Positions 7,968 to 17,413 of a stretch of DNA of 20,104 nt are shown here, piece after piece. The number at the start of each line of letters is the position of its first letter. Position 1 is the first letter of the stretch. The translations under genes and the position numbers were made by a program. Source of the DNA: Candidatus Thorarchaeota archaeon (GTDB taxonomy: Archaea > Asgardarchaeota > Thorarchaeia > Thorarchaeales > Thorarchaeaceae); contig JAWAQK010000037.1 in assembly GCA_038893995.1 (NCBI GenBank), positions 1 to 20,104 of the forward strand, written 5' to 3'. The notes beneath the pieces were generated by a model. That model saw only the letters and a list, made by a program, of their open reading frames with translations. It ran no database searches and had not been told where the DNA came from.

Positions 7968-8099
7968 CAAGTTCACCCATGGGGGTAACAATGATTGCAT
8001 CATATCAATTTTCGCCCTCAACGATTCATCATCTGAATGTCTGGAGAAAGGTCTAAAACTGGGGAATCCCTACGGATGCCGAGAAGAGAGTCGGTAGTA

Positions 8100-8579
8100 A
8101 TGACAGACGAATCAAAGTTGAGAATTGTACGAATAAACAACGGGACTGTGATAGATCATATACGGGCGGGCACGGCTCTGGAGGTCCTTCAAATACTCGG
8201 CATCAACGGAAAAGAGGGTGCGATAGTCACACTGGCCATGAATATCTCCAGTCATCGTATAGGCAGGAAGGACATAGTCAAGCTCGAGGATCGATTCCTT
8301 GACGAGGCCGAGTTGGCAAAGATCGCACTAGTGGCTCCAGAGGCAACTATCAATCTGATTGAGAATGGTGCTGTGGTCAAGAAGACGAGGGTGAAGCTAC
8401 CCAGTACAATCACCAATATTGTTGTTTGCCCAAACACACGGTGCATAACTAATCAGGATCGCGAACCAGTCCGACCAAGGTATCAGGTCGTGACCGACGA
8501 TCCGATCACCCTAAAGTGTTTATACTGCTGGAGTCTCGTGACTGAGGCGGACATAATTGCTCAGTTCACTGGCAAGTAG
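8100..8579 (+). CDS. pyrI: Aspartate carbamoyltransferase regulatory chain
   Basis: I.NGTVIDHI.AG, S...GRKDIVKLE, ALVAPEATINLI, and Zn ligands CPNTRC...CLYC. Start placed at the ATG at 8100. Confidence 0.95.
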   Translation: MTDESKLRIVRINNGTVIDHIRAGTALEVLQILGINGKEGAIVTLAMNISSHRIGRKDIVKLEDRFLDEAELAKIALVAPEATINLIENGAVVKKTRVKLPSTITNIVVCPNTRCITNQDREPVRPRYQVVTDDPITLKCLYCWSLVTEADIIAQFTGK

Positions 8580-8596
8580 GCCCGCCATTCCCTAGT

Positions 8597-8612
8597 GAAA
8601 ACCCTTTTTAGT
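8597..8612 (+). promoter_or_regulatory. Putative BRE plus TATA promoter for atpF-atpA
   Basis: GAAAACCCTTTTTAGT: a purine run followed by a T-rich box, about 40 nt upstream of the atpF start. Confidence 0.4.
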
Positions 8613-8651
8613 AGCGTGACTCTGAGAACACCGGCCTGAGTGGGTCCAAAG

Positions 8652-8975
8652 ATGGTCAACGAGAGAATAGCGGTAATTGGCGACCGCGAAACGGTAATTG
8701 GGTTTCGGATGGCCGGAGTCGCCGAAACGAGCGTACCCACATCCAGCGAGGATGCTCGTCGTCGTCTGTTGAACTACTCTCGCGATCCATCTATTGGCCT
8801 TATCATGATTACAGAATCCATGGCACAAGGTCTAGAGGACACCATTCTCGAACTCTCTAAGGCTCCCCTCCCAGTGATCCTAGTTATTCCCCAGAGTATG
8901 GGCCCCAAAAGTGCCCACGAGAAGGTTCTGAGAGAGCTCGTTCGTAGAGCAGTCGGAGTAGACATCAACATCTGA
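8652..8975 (+). CDS. atpF: A/V-type ATP synthase subunit F
   Basis: IAVIGDRETVIGFRMAGV, IGLIMITE, P.ILVIP and LVRRAVGVDI; directly upstream of subunit A. Confidence 0.93.
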   Translation: MVNERIAVIGDRETVIGFRMAGVAETSVPTSSEDARRRLLNYSRDPSIGLIMITESMAQGLEDTILELSKAPLPVILVIPQSMGPKSAHEKVLRELVRRAVGVDINI

Positions 8976-9002
8976 ATCAGTTACTGATGGTGAGGTCGGA
9001 AC

Positions 9003-10799
9003 ATGACAGAGCGAGTCGGACGAATTGAGAATATTGCCGGACCCGTTGTGAAGTGCAGTGGTCTTGACGTCAAGATGTATGAAGTAGTACGAGTCGGACA
9101 CGAGAAACTTGTGGGCGAGGTCATAGAGGTCGGAGACCGGGAGTTCACTGCCCAGGTGTATGAGGAAACATCTGGAGTTGCTCCTGGTGAGCCGGTCTAC
9201 GCGACCGGTGATGCATTGTCTGTCGAGCTTGGCCCGGGTCTTCTTGGTTCCATATACGATGGTATCCAGCGTCCTCTGCCAGATCTAAGAGCGCTGTCGG
9301 GTGACTTCATCACGAGAGGTCTGATAGTAGAGGGTCTTAACAAGGAGAAGAAGTGGCACTTCGTTCCCAAGCTCAAGAAGGGCGCCTCAGTAGTCGCCGG
9401 TGACATCATTGGTGAGGTCCCGGAAACGGGTATAATCACGTCTCGTATCCTGATACCTCACGGGGTCAATGGTGAAGTGATCGAGATTGTCTCGGAGGGC
9501 GAGTACACAGTAGTTGACCCCATTTGCAGGGTGAAGACCCCCTCTGGTGAGGTTCGTGAAGTTATGATGATGCAACGGACTCCTGTCCGGAAGGGGCGTC
9601 CCTTCAAGGAGCGCGTCCTTATGGACACCCCTCTCATAACGGGTCAGCGCATCATTGACACTTTCATGCCGCAGGCAAAGGGTGGGACTGGAGCAATACC
9701 TGGTGGGTTTGGTACTGGAAAGACTGTCACACTTCATCAGTTCGCAAAATGGGCTGACGCACAGGTGGTAGTCTACGTTGGATGTGGAGAGCGCGGGAAT
9801 GAGATGACCGAGGCCCTGGAGGAGTGGCCAAGGCTCAAGGACCCCAAGTCGGGGCGGCCTCTGATGGAGCGCACGGTCCTTATTGCCAATACGTCAAATA
9901 TGCCCGTCGCCGCTCGTGAAGCCTCTATCTATGTGGCTGTGACTATTGCTGAGTATTTTCGCGATCAGGGATTCGATGTTGCACTTATGGCGGATTCCAC
10001 ATCACGTTGGGCAGAGGCCCTCAGAGAGATCTCCGGTCGTCTTGGTCAGCTACCCTCTGAAGAGGGATACCCTGCATATTTGGGGTCTCGTCTCGCTCAG
10101 TTCTACGAACGAGGTGGCCGAGTTCGGACACTGGGGTCTGACGAACGACTTGGTTCCATCACAATCTGTGGTGCTGTGTCTCCCCCGGGGGGAGATTTCT
10201 CAGAACCAGTGACCCAAGCAACTCTCAGGATTGTGAAGGTGTTCTGGGCTCTGGACAAGGACCTCGCAGCAAGAAGATTCTTCCCCGCGATAAATGTCCT
10301 GACCAGCTATTCACTGTATCAGAACAATCTGGAGGCCTGGCAGAGAGCCAATCTTGGTCCTGACTGGCCCGAGCTGGTCAAGGAGGCAATGGCACTGCTT
10401 CAGAAAGACCAGGAGCTGAGAGAGATAGTTCAGCTGGTCGGTCCTGATGCTCTTCCCGAGTCTGAACGGGCCATACTCGAGGCTGCACGGATGATAAAGG
10501 AGGACTTCTTGACCCAGAGTGCTGTGCACGAGATTGACACATACTGCCCACCAAAGAAGACATATCGCATGCTGAGGATAATCGTCACGTTTGCTAGGAA
10601 GATGGCTGAGGCAGTCCGAAGGGGTGCCCATGTGAGGCGCATACTTGAGTTCAGCGTTCTCGACAATATCGCTCGAATGAAAATAGCCCCATGGGACAAT
10701 TACGATAAGATAATGGATGCGATAGAGAACAAGATGGAACGGGAGTTCGAGCTGCTTGAGGAGGAGCTGACTGAGGCTGTCGCAAACCCATCGGTCTAA
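9003..10799 (+). CDS. atpA: A/V-type ATP synthase catalytic subunit A
   Basis: QVYEETSG, P-loop [47 protein letters not shown] and [23 protein letters not shown] upstream; no intein. Confidence 0.98.
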   Translation: MTERVGRIENIAGPVVKCSGLDVKMYEVVRVGHEKLVGEVIEVGDREFTAQVYEETSGVAPGEPVYATGDALSVELGPGLLGSIYDGIQRPLPDLRALSGDFITRGLIVEGLNKEKKWHFVPKLKKGASVVAGDIIGEVPETGIITSRILIPHGVNGEVIEIVSEGEYTVVDPICRVKTPSGEVREVMMMQRTPVRKGRPFKERVLMDTPLITGQRIIDTFMPQAKGGTGAIPGGFGTGKTVTLHQFAKWADAQVVVYVGCGERGNEMTEALEEWPRLKDPKSGRPLMERTVLIANTSNMPVAAREASIYVAVTIAEYFRDQGFDVALMADSTSRWAEALREISGRLGQLPSEEGYPAYLGSRLAQFYERGGRVRTLGSDERLGSITICGAVSPPGGDFSEPVTQATLRIVKVFWALDKDLAARRFFPAINVLTSYSLYQNNLEAWQRANLGPDWPELVKEAMALLQKDQELREIVQLVGPDALPESERAILEAARMIKEDFLTQSAVHEIDTYCPPKKTYRMLRIIVTFARKMAEAVRRGAHVRRILEFSVLDNIARMKIAPWDNYDKIMDAIENKMEREFELLEEELTEAVANPSV

Positions 10800-10883
10800 T
10801 GATTGAGGGGTCATTTGGAAATAGTAAAACGGTCTGGTCTAGTGGTAATTATATTTCATGACCCTGAATGACTTCCTGGATGA

Positions 10884-11387
10884 ATGATGTCAATCGTCGG
10901 GCCTGTCTGTCTCCCACTTCAACTCCCCTTCACCCCTGACTGGCTCGACAACATGGCTATCATACTCCATGTGGGCTATGCGATGGCGGTCAGGGGTTAC
11001 TTGATCCTGGTCCTAGTTGGCTTCATCTTCTATGCCACATGTCTCAATGACGGTCTAGCCAAGGCATTGGTCACGATAGGTGGGTCCCTTTACCTCATCG
11101 GCCCACCGATCATAAACTACCTCGCGCATCTGGCTGGACTTCCGTCGATAGATCCCGAGGCCGCTCAGTTGGCCTGGCTGGCCCATCTTGGTGTGACAGA
11201 CCTCGAGATAGTCGGTGTGATTCTCGTGCTGGGTGAGATTGTGGTCAGTATTTGCATACTGAGCGGCACAATACTATACCTCACTCCTACATCCGGAGAC
11301 CTGAAGTCGAAGGGTCAGTCACTCCTGACGCACTCTATCATCGTCCTCCCTGTACTCGCATTCTTTCACCTGACCCCATGGATATGA
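10884..11387 (+). CDS. Hypothetical multi-pass membrane protein with an apparent two-fold internal repeat
   Basis: Hydrophobic 167-aa ORF with about 4-5 TM segments and its own AT-rich upstream element (AATTATATTT, about 10847-10856). Start codon uncertain. Confidence 0.7.
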   Translation: MMSIVGPVCLPLQLPFTPDWLDNMAIILHVGYAMAVRGYLILVLVGFIFYATCLNDGLAKALVTIGGSLYLIGPPIINYLAHLAGLPSIDPEAAQLAWLAHLGVTDLEIVGVILVLGEIVVSICILSGTILYLTPTSGDLKSKGQSLLTHSIIVLPVLAFFHLTPWI

Positions 11388-11473
11388 TCATGCGTCAAGC
11401 GTTCCCTAGGAACTCTTAAATCACGGACTCCATCATTCCCTCCTGAGTTCCTGGGTTGGCTGGAGTGTCACCG

Positions 11474-12874
11474 ATGAAAGCTCAGTCGTCTGTGATGTAT
11501 CGTACCGTGTGTGATGTGAGTGGTCCCCTCTTGGTTGTTGAGAACACTCATGACGTCGCTTACAATGAGGTCGTCAAGATTCGTGCTCCCAATGGCGAGA
11601 TACTGACGGGTACGGTCCTCGAAACTGGACGAGGGCGTGCTGTCGTTCAGGTGTTCGAGGGGACTAGTGGTCTGGATACGAGTCAGACTGCTGTCAGATT
11701 CACAGGCGAGACCCTGAGCCTACCTGTTTCGAGTGATATACTTGGTCGTGTGCTTGATGGGTCAGGCAACCCTCTTGACAAGGGTCCTCCTCTGGTCGCA
11801 GAGGATCGTTGGAGCATATATGGCTCCCCCATAAACCCCTATGCAAGACAATATCCACGTCAACCCATCCAGACTGGTCTCTCTGTGATCGACGGTCTCA
11901 ACACGCTTGTCCGGGGCCAGAAGCTACCAATATTCTCGGGCTCTGGTCTCCCACACAATCGCATCGCGGCTCAGATAGTCAGGCAGGCGAAGATACCTGG
12001 TGAAGAGAGCGAGTTTGCAATAGTCTTTGCAGCTATGGGAATCACTGCCACGGAGGCCCAGTACTTCGTTTCATCATTTGAGGAAACCGGTGCACTGGAA
12101 CACACGGTCCTCTTCCTCAACCTGGCTGATGACCCCGCAATAGAGAGAATAGTCACTCCACGTGCTGCTCTGACTGCTGCTGAGTACCTAGCATACACGT
12201 CTGATCTTCACGTTCTGGTACTCTTGACTGACATGACGAACTATGCAGAGGCACTACGAGAGATAAGTGCCGCGAGATCAGAAGTTCCTGGCAGAAGAGG
12301 CTATCCCGGTTATCTCTACACAGACCTGAGTTCGATCTACGAACGAGCAGGTCGTATTCACGGTCGCAAAGGCACAATCACTCAAATGCCCATTCTGTCG
12401 ATGCCTCAGGATGACATGACTCATCCAATCCCTGATCTGTCCGGATATATCACAGAGGGCCAGCTTCCCCTCAGTAGAGCACTGCACCGCAGGGGTATAT
12501 ATCCCCCCATAGACCCGGGGCCATCACTGAGTCGGTTGATGAAAGAGGGTATTGGTGAGGGCATGACGCGTGCAGATCACAAGGAAGTCCAAGCACAGCT
12601 GTACTATGCCTACTCTGAAGGTAGGGACCTGCGAGACCTCGTCGCAGTGGTAGGCTCGGAAGCCCTCACCGATCGTGATCAAAAGTATCTTCGTTTTGCT
12701 GACAGATTCGAGATGGAATTCATTAACCAGGGTGAGTTTGAGGACAGGTCATTTGAACAGACCCTTGACCTGGGTTGGTCCCTCCTAAGCGAGTTTCCAG
12801 AACGAGAACTCAAGCGTTGTGATCCCGACACTATACTGTGGGCGAAGAATAGGGGTGTCTATCATCCCGAATAG
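11474..12874 (+). CDS. atpB: A/V-type ATP synthase subunit B
   Basis: [67 protein letters not shown] and [15 protein letters not shown]. Start placed at the ATG at 11474 after GGAGTG. Confidence 0.98.
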   Translation: MKAQSSVMYRTVCDVSGPLLVVENTHDVAYNEVVKIRAPNGEILTGTVLETGRGRAVVQVFEGTSGLDTSQTAVRFTGETLSLPVSSDILGRVLDGSGNPLDKGPPLVAEDRWSIYGSPINPYARQYPRQPIQTGLSVIDGLNTLVRGQKLPIFSGSGLPHNRIAAQIVRQAKIPGEESEFAIVFAAMGITATEAQYFVSSFEETGALEHTVLFLNLADDPAIERIVTPRAALTAAEYLAYTSDLHVLVLLTDMTNYAEALREISAARSEVPGRRGYPGYLYTDLSSIYERAGRIHGRKGTITQMPILSMPQDDMTHPIPDLSGYITEGQLPLSRALHRRGIYPPIDPGPSLSRLMKEGIGEGMTRADHKEVQAQLYYAYSEGRDLRDLVAVVGSEALTDRDQKYLRFADRFEMEFINQGEFEDRSFEQTLDLGWSLLSEFPERELKRCDPDTILWAKNRGVYHPE

Positions 12875-12950
12875 GTATGCGCTGTTGAAGACATGGTTTC
12901 TGTGAGCGGGGCTGACTGCCCAGGCTCTACAGCTGATCCATGGCAGCCTT

Positions 12951-13313
12951 CTATTCTATTCCGTGTCTCAGGTAATAGTCACTCTCTTTCTTCTCGCCAA
13001 AGCTTCGGAGTCCCTCATTCTCGAGCCTGCGTTTCAAATCTCTGGCCTCCGAACCGGATATCTCCCCCTGCCTGAGCATGAAGTCGACTATCTCCAGAGC
13101 CTGAGAAACTGTGTCACATCTTCTTATGTAGTCGATCACGCTGGGAATGAATGTCTTATCCAGTGGTTCATTAAGCTCCGGGTTGTCCGGCTCCTCGAAC
13201 ATGGTATCATTTCCACTGATCCTTAGTCGCTTGGTTCGATTCTCCCTGATCTCTCTGCTCAGTGCGGGAAAGGATCTTTCGAACTCATCGTCGTATGACA
13301 TCAGCTTCACCAT
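12951..13313 (-). CDS. DUF2095-family conserved archaeal protein
   Basis: Pattern F...FPAL.REI, PSVIDYIRRCDT..QALEIVDFM...GEIS and GLRSFG.KKE.DYY matches this family as I recall it. Confidence 0.75.
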   Translation of the reverse strand: MVKLMSYDDEFERSFPALSREIRENRTKRLRISGNDTMFEEPDNPELNEPLDKTFIPSVIDYIRRCDTVSQALEIVDFMLRQGEISGSEARDLKRRLENEGLRSFGEKKESDYYLRHGIE

Positions 13314-13407
13314 TGTTCGTTTCGAAACGAGATTTCAGTTGACACTAAAGATTCTCTTGAGTGGCTTATAATGTCTGCCATGATGCTATGTTGATGATCT
13401 TATGGCA

Positions 13408-14931
13408 TCAACTTATGAACGCCCATGGCAGCGGGTCCTCTTGGCGTCTAGGTCCTGTGACTATTTCGTTGAATGGGATGCCCGTCTCCCGCTCAGCTCT
13501 CCGCCATCCTCCCAGCCCTCCATACTTTGCCGCAAGTCGAATCAGAGGGCCAAGCCTTCTATCACCCACCGACAGGGCTGCTTGTATTCTCGCCAACCGT
13601 GGATCTAGTATCTCCAGTTCGACACCTGGTAGATGCTTCAGAGACTTTCGAACAATGGACATCCTCTCCCTAAGAACATCAAGGGACAACTGTGGTTTCC
13701 TTTCAAATTCAGTGCCTGCCTTCGGTATGAATGGGTTGAGACTGACGGTCACTCTCATGCGACCAATCTCTCGAAATCGTGCGATCATCCTCCCGATCTC
13801 GTGTACATCGTCCAGACTCTCTTCCGGCAGTCCAAATATGAAGTATGCCTTGAGAAACTTCATCCCCACCCTCGAGGCGAGAGCGACTACGTCATAGAAT
13901 GTCTCGTTCGATATCCTCTTTCTGATCCTATAGCGCAGCTCCTGGCCTCCGACCTCTGGTGCAATGGTGAGAGTCTTCTGTCCCCCCTCAACAAGAGTTC
14001 GAAGCAGCTCCTCGGTGATGGAGTCCGCCCTCAAAGAGGGTACAGAGATCCTTACCCCTCTGTGGACTAGCATAGACCCTATCTCAGCAAGGCCATCAAC
14101 CGCGCCAACCGAGGATCCGATGAATGCGACCTTTCCGACCGGTGTCCTCTTCAGACCATCCTCGCATATCTCCAGTTGACGTTTCAGGCTCCTCACTCTT
14201 CGAGGCCTGCATATGTGGCCGACCACACAGAACGCACAGGCATGGCCGCATCCACGATTGACCTCAATCAGGAATGACTTTCCGAGTATGGGTTCGTGAA
14301 CGTCGCCATCGGGAACTATTGGGACAATCTGTGAAGTTGGATGAAACGCAAGATCCAGATCCGGTACTATTCTCCTGCTTATGCTCGTGGGTTCCTTGGC
14401 TGGTACGTATACTCCTGCTATGTCCGACAATGCCTCAAGGAAGCCCAACCGGTCACGTACATCTTGGCCAGCATCTAAGATCTCCTGGATCGCATCTTCT
14501 CCATCACCGATAACGAAGGCATCAATGAAATCAACATAGGGTTCGGGATTGGCTGTGATGACCGGTCCCCCCGCGATGACAATAGGGTCCTCCGGACCCC
14601 TCTCTTTGCACAACACGGGTATGTGTGCACCGTCCAGCATCTGTAGTACGTGAAGTATGTCTTCTTCGCTGCTGAGTGAGAACCCCACAATGTGGTTGTT
14701 TCTAAGGGGCCGTCCACTCTCTATTGAGTTGACACAGGATGGAACATCGTACCTGAAGTAACGTTCGCAAGATACATCGTCTCTCATGTTCAACAACTGG
14801 TAGAACAGGTGGGTTGCCAGACTTGTCATGCCCACCCTATACGTAGATGGGTAGCAGTATCCAAAGAGCAACGAGACCGATCTCTGATCCTTGATGATCG
14901 AATTATACTCTCGGAGTCTGCTAGCTGGCAA
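13408..14931 (-). CDS. Radical SAM protein with an N-terminal B12-binding-like domain (COG1032-type)
   Basis: CxxxCxxC in IEVNRGCGHACAFC; also YPSTYRVGMTSL, IAGGPVITANPEP, IGDGE, SVPSLRAD, TLTIAPE, YFIFGLP.E and FIPKAGT.FE. Substrate unknown. Confidence 0.88.
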   Translation of the reverse strand: MPASRLREYNSIIKDQRSVSLLFGYCYPSTYRVGMTSLATHLFYQLLNMRDDVSCERYFRYDVPSCVNSIESGRPLRNNHIVGFSLSSEEDILHVLQMLDGAHIPVLCKERGPEDPIVIAGGPVITANPEPYVDFIDAFVIGDGEDAIQEILDAGQDVRDRLGFLEALSDIAGVYVPAKEPTSISRRIVPDLDLAFHPTSQIVPIVPDGDVHEPILGKSFLIEVNRGCGHACAFCVVGHICRPRRVRSLKRQLEICEDGLKRTPVGKVAFIGSSVGAVDGLAEIGSMLVHRGVRISVPSLRADSITEELLRTLVEGGQKTLTIAPEVGGQELRYRIRKRISNETFYDVVALASRVGMKFLKAYFIFGLPEESLDDVHEIGRMIARFREIGRMRVTVSLNPFIPKAGTEFERKPQLSLDVLRERMSIVRKSLKHLPGVELEILDPRLARIQAALSVGDRRLGPLIRLAAKYGGLGGWRRAERETGIPFNEIVTGPRRQEDPLPWAFIS

Positions 14932-14937
14932 CGAATC

Positions 14938-16221
14938 TCACTCGTCCGGCCTCAATGGTATGACCCTCTTGGGCTGTTCAGCAATCACTAGTGTGTTTGG
15001 ATCTATGTCACGATCGACAATCAGACCGACCCCAGTTCGGGCATCCTGGTGTATCACAACGCCTGGGGAAATCAAAGTTCCTATTCCTGTCTTGACGTTG
15101 TCCCCGACAATTGCACCTAGCTTACGTCGTCCCGAGCTGACTCTGGTCCCTTTCAGCGTGACTCTGACGTGCCTGTCATCGTGTCTGAGATTCGCCGTGA
15201 TGGTTCCCGCTCCAAAATTCACATGATGTCCAATTATCGAGTCCCCTACGTAGGAGAGATGACCTATCGATGTGTTGTCCATCACTATTGAGTTCTTGAT
15301 CTCCACCGCATTTCCGACCTTCACACCTTTCCCAAGCGATGTGGCTGGCCTTATGTAGCAGTTTGGTCCAACGACAGACCCTTCGCCTATGAAGCATGGG
15401 CCCTCTATGTATGCCCCACTCCTTACGGTCGCTCCCTTCTCTACTATCACGTTGTTCTTGAGGGTGGCACCATCTTCCACAACTCCTTCTACACTCCCCT
15501 TCGATTCCGACAGAACCAGCTCGTTGGCCCTAAGTAGGTCCCATGGTCGTCCTATGTCTAGCCACCATGTTGATGTTTCGTAGACGTCGACTCTGTCACG
15601 TTTTATCAGCAGTGAAATGGAGTCTGTGATCTCATACTCTCCTCTAGGAGAGAGTTGTGTTGCGTCTATCGCTTCCCAGAGTGCTGGTCCCGCGACGTAG
15701 ATCCCAGCATTTGCCAAGTTACTGGATATCTGATCTGACGAGGGTTTCTCGACAAGACCTACTGCCCTTCCCTTTTCAGCAAGTATAATACCGTACGAGG
15801 ACGGGTCTTCGACGCGCACTGTGCAGATGGTGAGGTCAGATCTAGAAGGATCGTGTTTTCTGATGAGTCCTTGGAGGGTGCCGTGACCAAAGATCACATC
15901 TCCGTATACTATGACGATCTCATCTTCACCAGCGAACTTTCGTGCATGGGCCGCTGCGTGGGCCGTCCCTCTTCGCTGTTCCTGTGTTACGAATGAGATC
16001 TCAAGTGGGGCCCACTGATCTGGATTCACGTGTTCCCGTAGCCTATCTTGGTGGTACCCACAGACGATGAGGACCTCCTTTACTCCCGCATCTCTGAGTG
16101 CTGCAAGGGTGTGATGGATAAGTGCCTTGCCCCCTACGGGTAAGACATGTTTTGGAACATATGCGGAGAGTGGTAACATTCTTGTTGAGTCGCCTGCTGC
16201 GAGTATGGCTGCTTTATTCAT
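14938..16221 (-). CDS. glmU: Archaeal bifunctional sugar-1-phosphate nucleotidylyltransferase/acetyltransferase (GlmU-like)
   Basis: ILAAGDSTRMLPL...PK, EKP, SPRGEYEITD, W.DIGRPWDLL.AN, hexapeptide repeats, HLSYVGDS and NFGAGTITANLRHD...RRKLGA. Start placed at 16221, with 16227 as an alternative. Confidence 0.9.
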   Translation of the reverse strand: MNKAAILAAGDSTRMLPLSAYVPKHVLPVGGKALIHHTLAALRDAGVKEVLIVCGYHQDRLREHVNPDQWAPLEISFVTQEQRRGTAHAAAHARKFAGEDEIVIVYGDVIFGHGTLQGLIRKHDPSRSDLTICTVRVEDPSSYGIILAEKGRAVGLVEKPSSDQISSNLANAGIYVAGPALWEAIDATQLSPRGEYEITDSISLLIKRDRVDVYETSTWWLDIGRPWDLLRANELVLSESKGSVEGVVEDGATLKNNVIVEKGATVRSGAYIEGPCFIGEGSVVGPNCYIRPATSLGKGVKVGNAVEIKNSIVMDNTSIGHLSYVGDSIIGHHVNFGAGTITANLRHDDRHVRVTLKGTRVSSGRRKLGAIVGDNVKTGIGTLISPGVVIHQDARTGVGLIVDRDIDPNTLVIAEQPKRVIPLRPDE

Positions 16222-16327
16222 CCCCATCACTTTCATCAGCGACACTGTCTGGTTCTTATGTTTTTGTTCAGTTGAATACATAATGCGCGGTGACAGACCG
16301 CGTCACACCAATCCCGAGCAGCGATAG

Positions 16328-16387
16328 GTTAATATAGGTATTCGTGAGAAGCATCACATGCTTGTGCAACGCTCGTGCGCATTGCAC
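16328..16387 (+). promoter_or_regulatory. TATA-like box followed by two tandem inverted repeats upstream of the wHTH gene
   Basis: TTAATATA at 16329-16336; AAGCAT-cac-ATGCTT at 16349-16363; GTGCAA-N12-TTGCAC at 16364-16387. An AGGAG SD sequence precedes the start at 16416. Confidence 0.5.
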
Positions 16388-16415
16388 TGGATCAATGTAA
16401 AGGAGATGTTTTCCT

Positions 16416-16661
16416 ATGATGACTGAAGCTGAATTGCAGGCCGAACTGAAGGATGCGAAGTTGACCAAGAGTCAACTGATAGTACTGGACATCCTCAGAA
16501 GCAGTGGTCGAAACGGTGTTACTCCCAAGCAGCTACTTGACAAGGTGTCTTTTGCACCAAGGACGGTCAGGTACGCTCTACGCAAGCTTCTGAAGAAGAA
16601 CCTGATCAAACGAGTGCCGTGTCTGACTGATATGCGACAATGGATATACGTGCCCGCATAG
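16416..16661 (+). CDS. Small archaeal winged-helix (MarR-like) DNA-binding protein
   Basis: LTKSQLIVL...T.KQL.......RTVRYALRKL...LI.R.....D.RQ.IY pattern of stand-alone archaeal wHTH proteins; good SD. Confidence 0.85.
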   Translation: MMTEAELQAELKDAKLTKSQLIVLDILRSSGRNGVTPKQLLDKVSFAPRTVRYALRKLLKKNLIKRVPCLTDMRQWIYVPA

Positions 16662-16731
16662 AAACGTTTCAAGAAATCTCTATTTGGTCCGGAGGCTGTG
16701 TTCTTCCTATTGAAAGGGCACTGAGGATGGA

Positions 16732-17403
16732 ATGGAGGCAATGGACTCGGTCAAGATCCTCACCGGAGATGCTGCTATTGTGGCACTCCACGCACTGGCT
16801 GACGAGAACAGAAGACGTATTCTCGCGGCACTCAGTGTCAGACGGATGTCCACATCCGAAATAGTGGACCTCTTAGATGGCCTTGATGCCACAAGAAAGG
16901 TCAAGCCTCAGACCGTCCGCTATCATCTGAAGGAACTAGAACGTTGCGGACTGATACAACAGGACGGGTATGAGCCCGCTGGAAATGAAGATTCGCATGT
17001 CATGACCAAGTTATGGAGGGCTACTGCAGAAAGCGTCCTGATCGCGACTGGGTTCATGTCGACCCATCAGACCTCGCCTGAGACCTCTGCCATCGAAACA
17101 CAGGAACTATCAGAGGTCATCAGGCAGGTTGGCATCTCAATAAGTGACTCAGAGCGTCTCTCCGAGGCAGAACGGCTGTTCTCGGAATGGAAACGTCTCT
17201 GGTATCAGGGTCGAAAGAATGCAGAGGAAGTCTTCAAACAACTGGACAATATCAATCTCAGTTCATATCTGACGATCAGACGACTACTCAGCGTCATCAG
17301 CTTGCCGGACGGCGACTACGAACAATACTGGGAATCGAGTCGCCGACTATGCGACCTCCTCAGAGCTGCTTATCGAGTCCGCGTGAACCCTAAAGTATAC
17401 TGA
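16732..17403 (+). CDS. ArsR-like wHTH transcriptional regulator with a helical C-terminal domain
   Basis: ALADENRRRILAALS...MSTSEI...QTVRYHLKELERCGLI and a wing ending KLWRATA. Alternative start at 16741. Confidence 0.82.
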   Translation: MEAMDSVKILTGDAAIVALHALADENRRRILAALSVRRMSTSEIVDLLDGLDATRKVKPQTVRYHLKELERCGLIQQDGYEPAGNEDSHVMTKLWRATAESVLIATGFMSTHQTSPETSAIETQELSEVIRQVGISISDSERLSEAERLFSEWKRLWYQGRKNAEEVFKQLDNINLSSYLTIRRLLSVISLPDGDYEQYWESSRRLCDLLRAAYRVRVNPKVY

Positions 17404-17413
17404 CCATGTCCAC

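Noticed and set aside
7968-8099. Long N-terminal extensions on SRP54 and PyrI (likewise GlmU, Hef and AtpB) in the ORF track
   Set aside because: These come from longest-ORF calling. Family homology begins at downstream ATGs, several of which have SD-like motifs.
9003-10799. Possible intein in ATP synthase subunit A
   Set aside because: The 598-aa length is normal, and the P-loop and GCGERGNE regions are uninterrupted.
12881-12947. Hairpin as a SECIS element
   Set aside because: No AUGA/GA core with apical adenosines, and the flanking genes contain no in-frame UGA.
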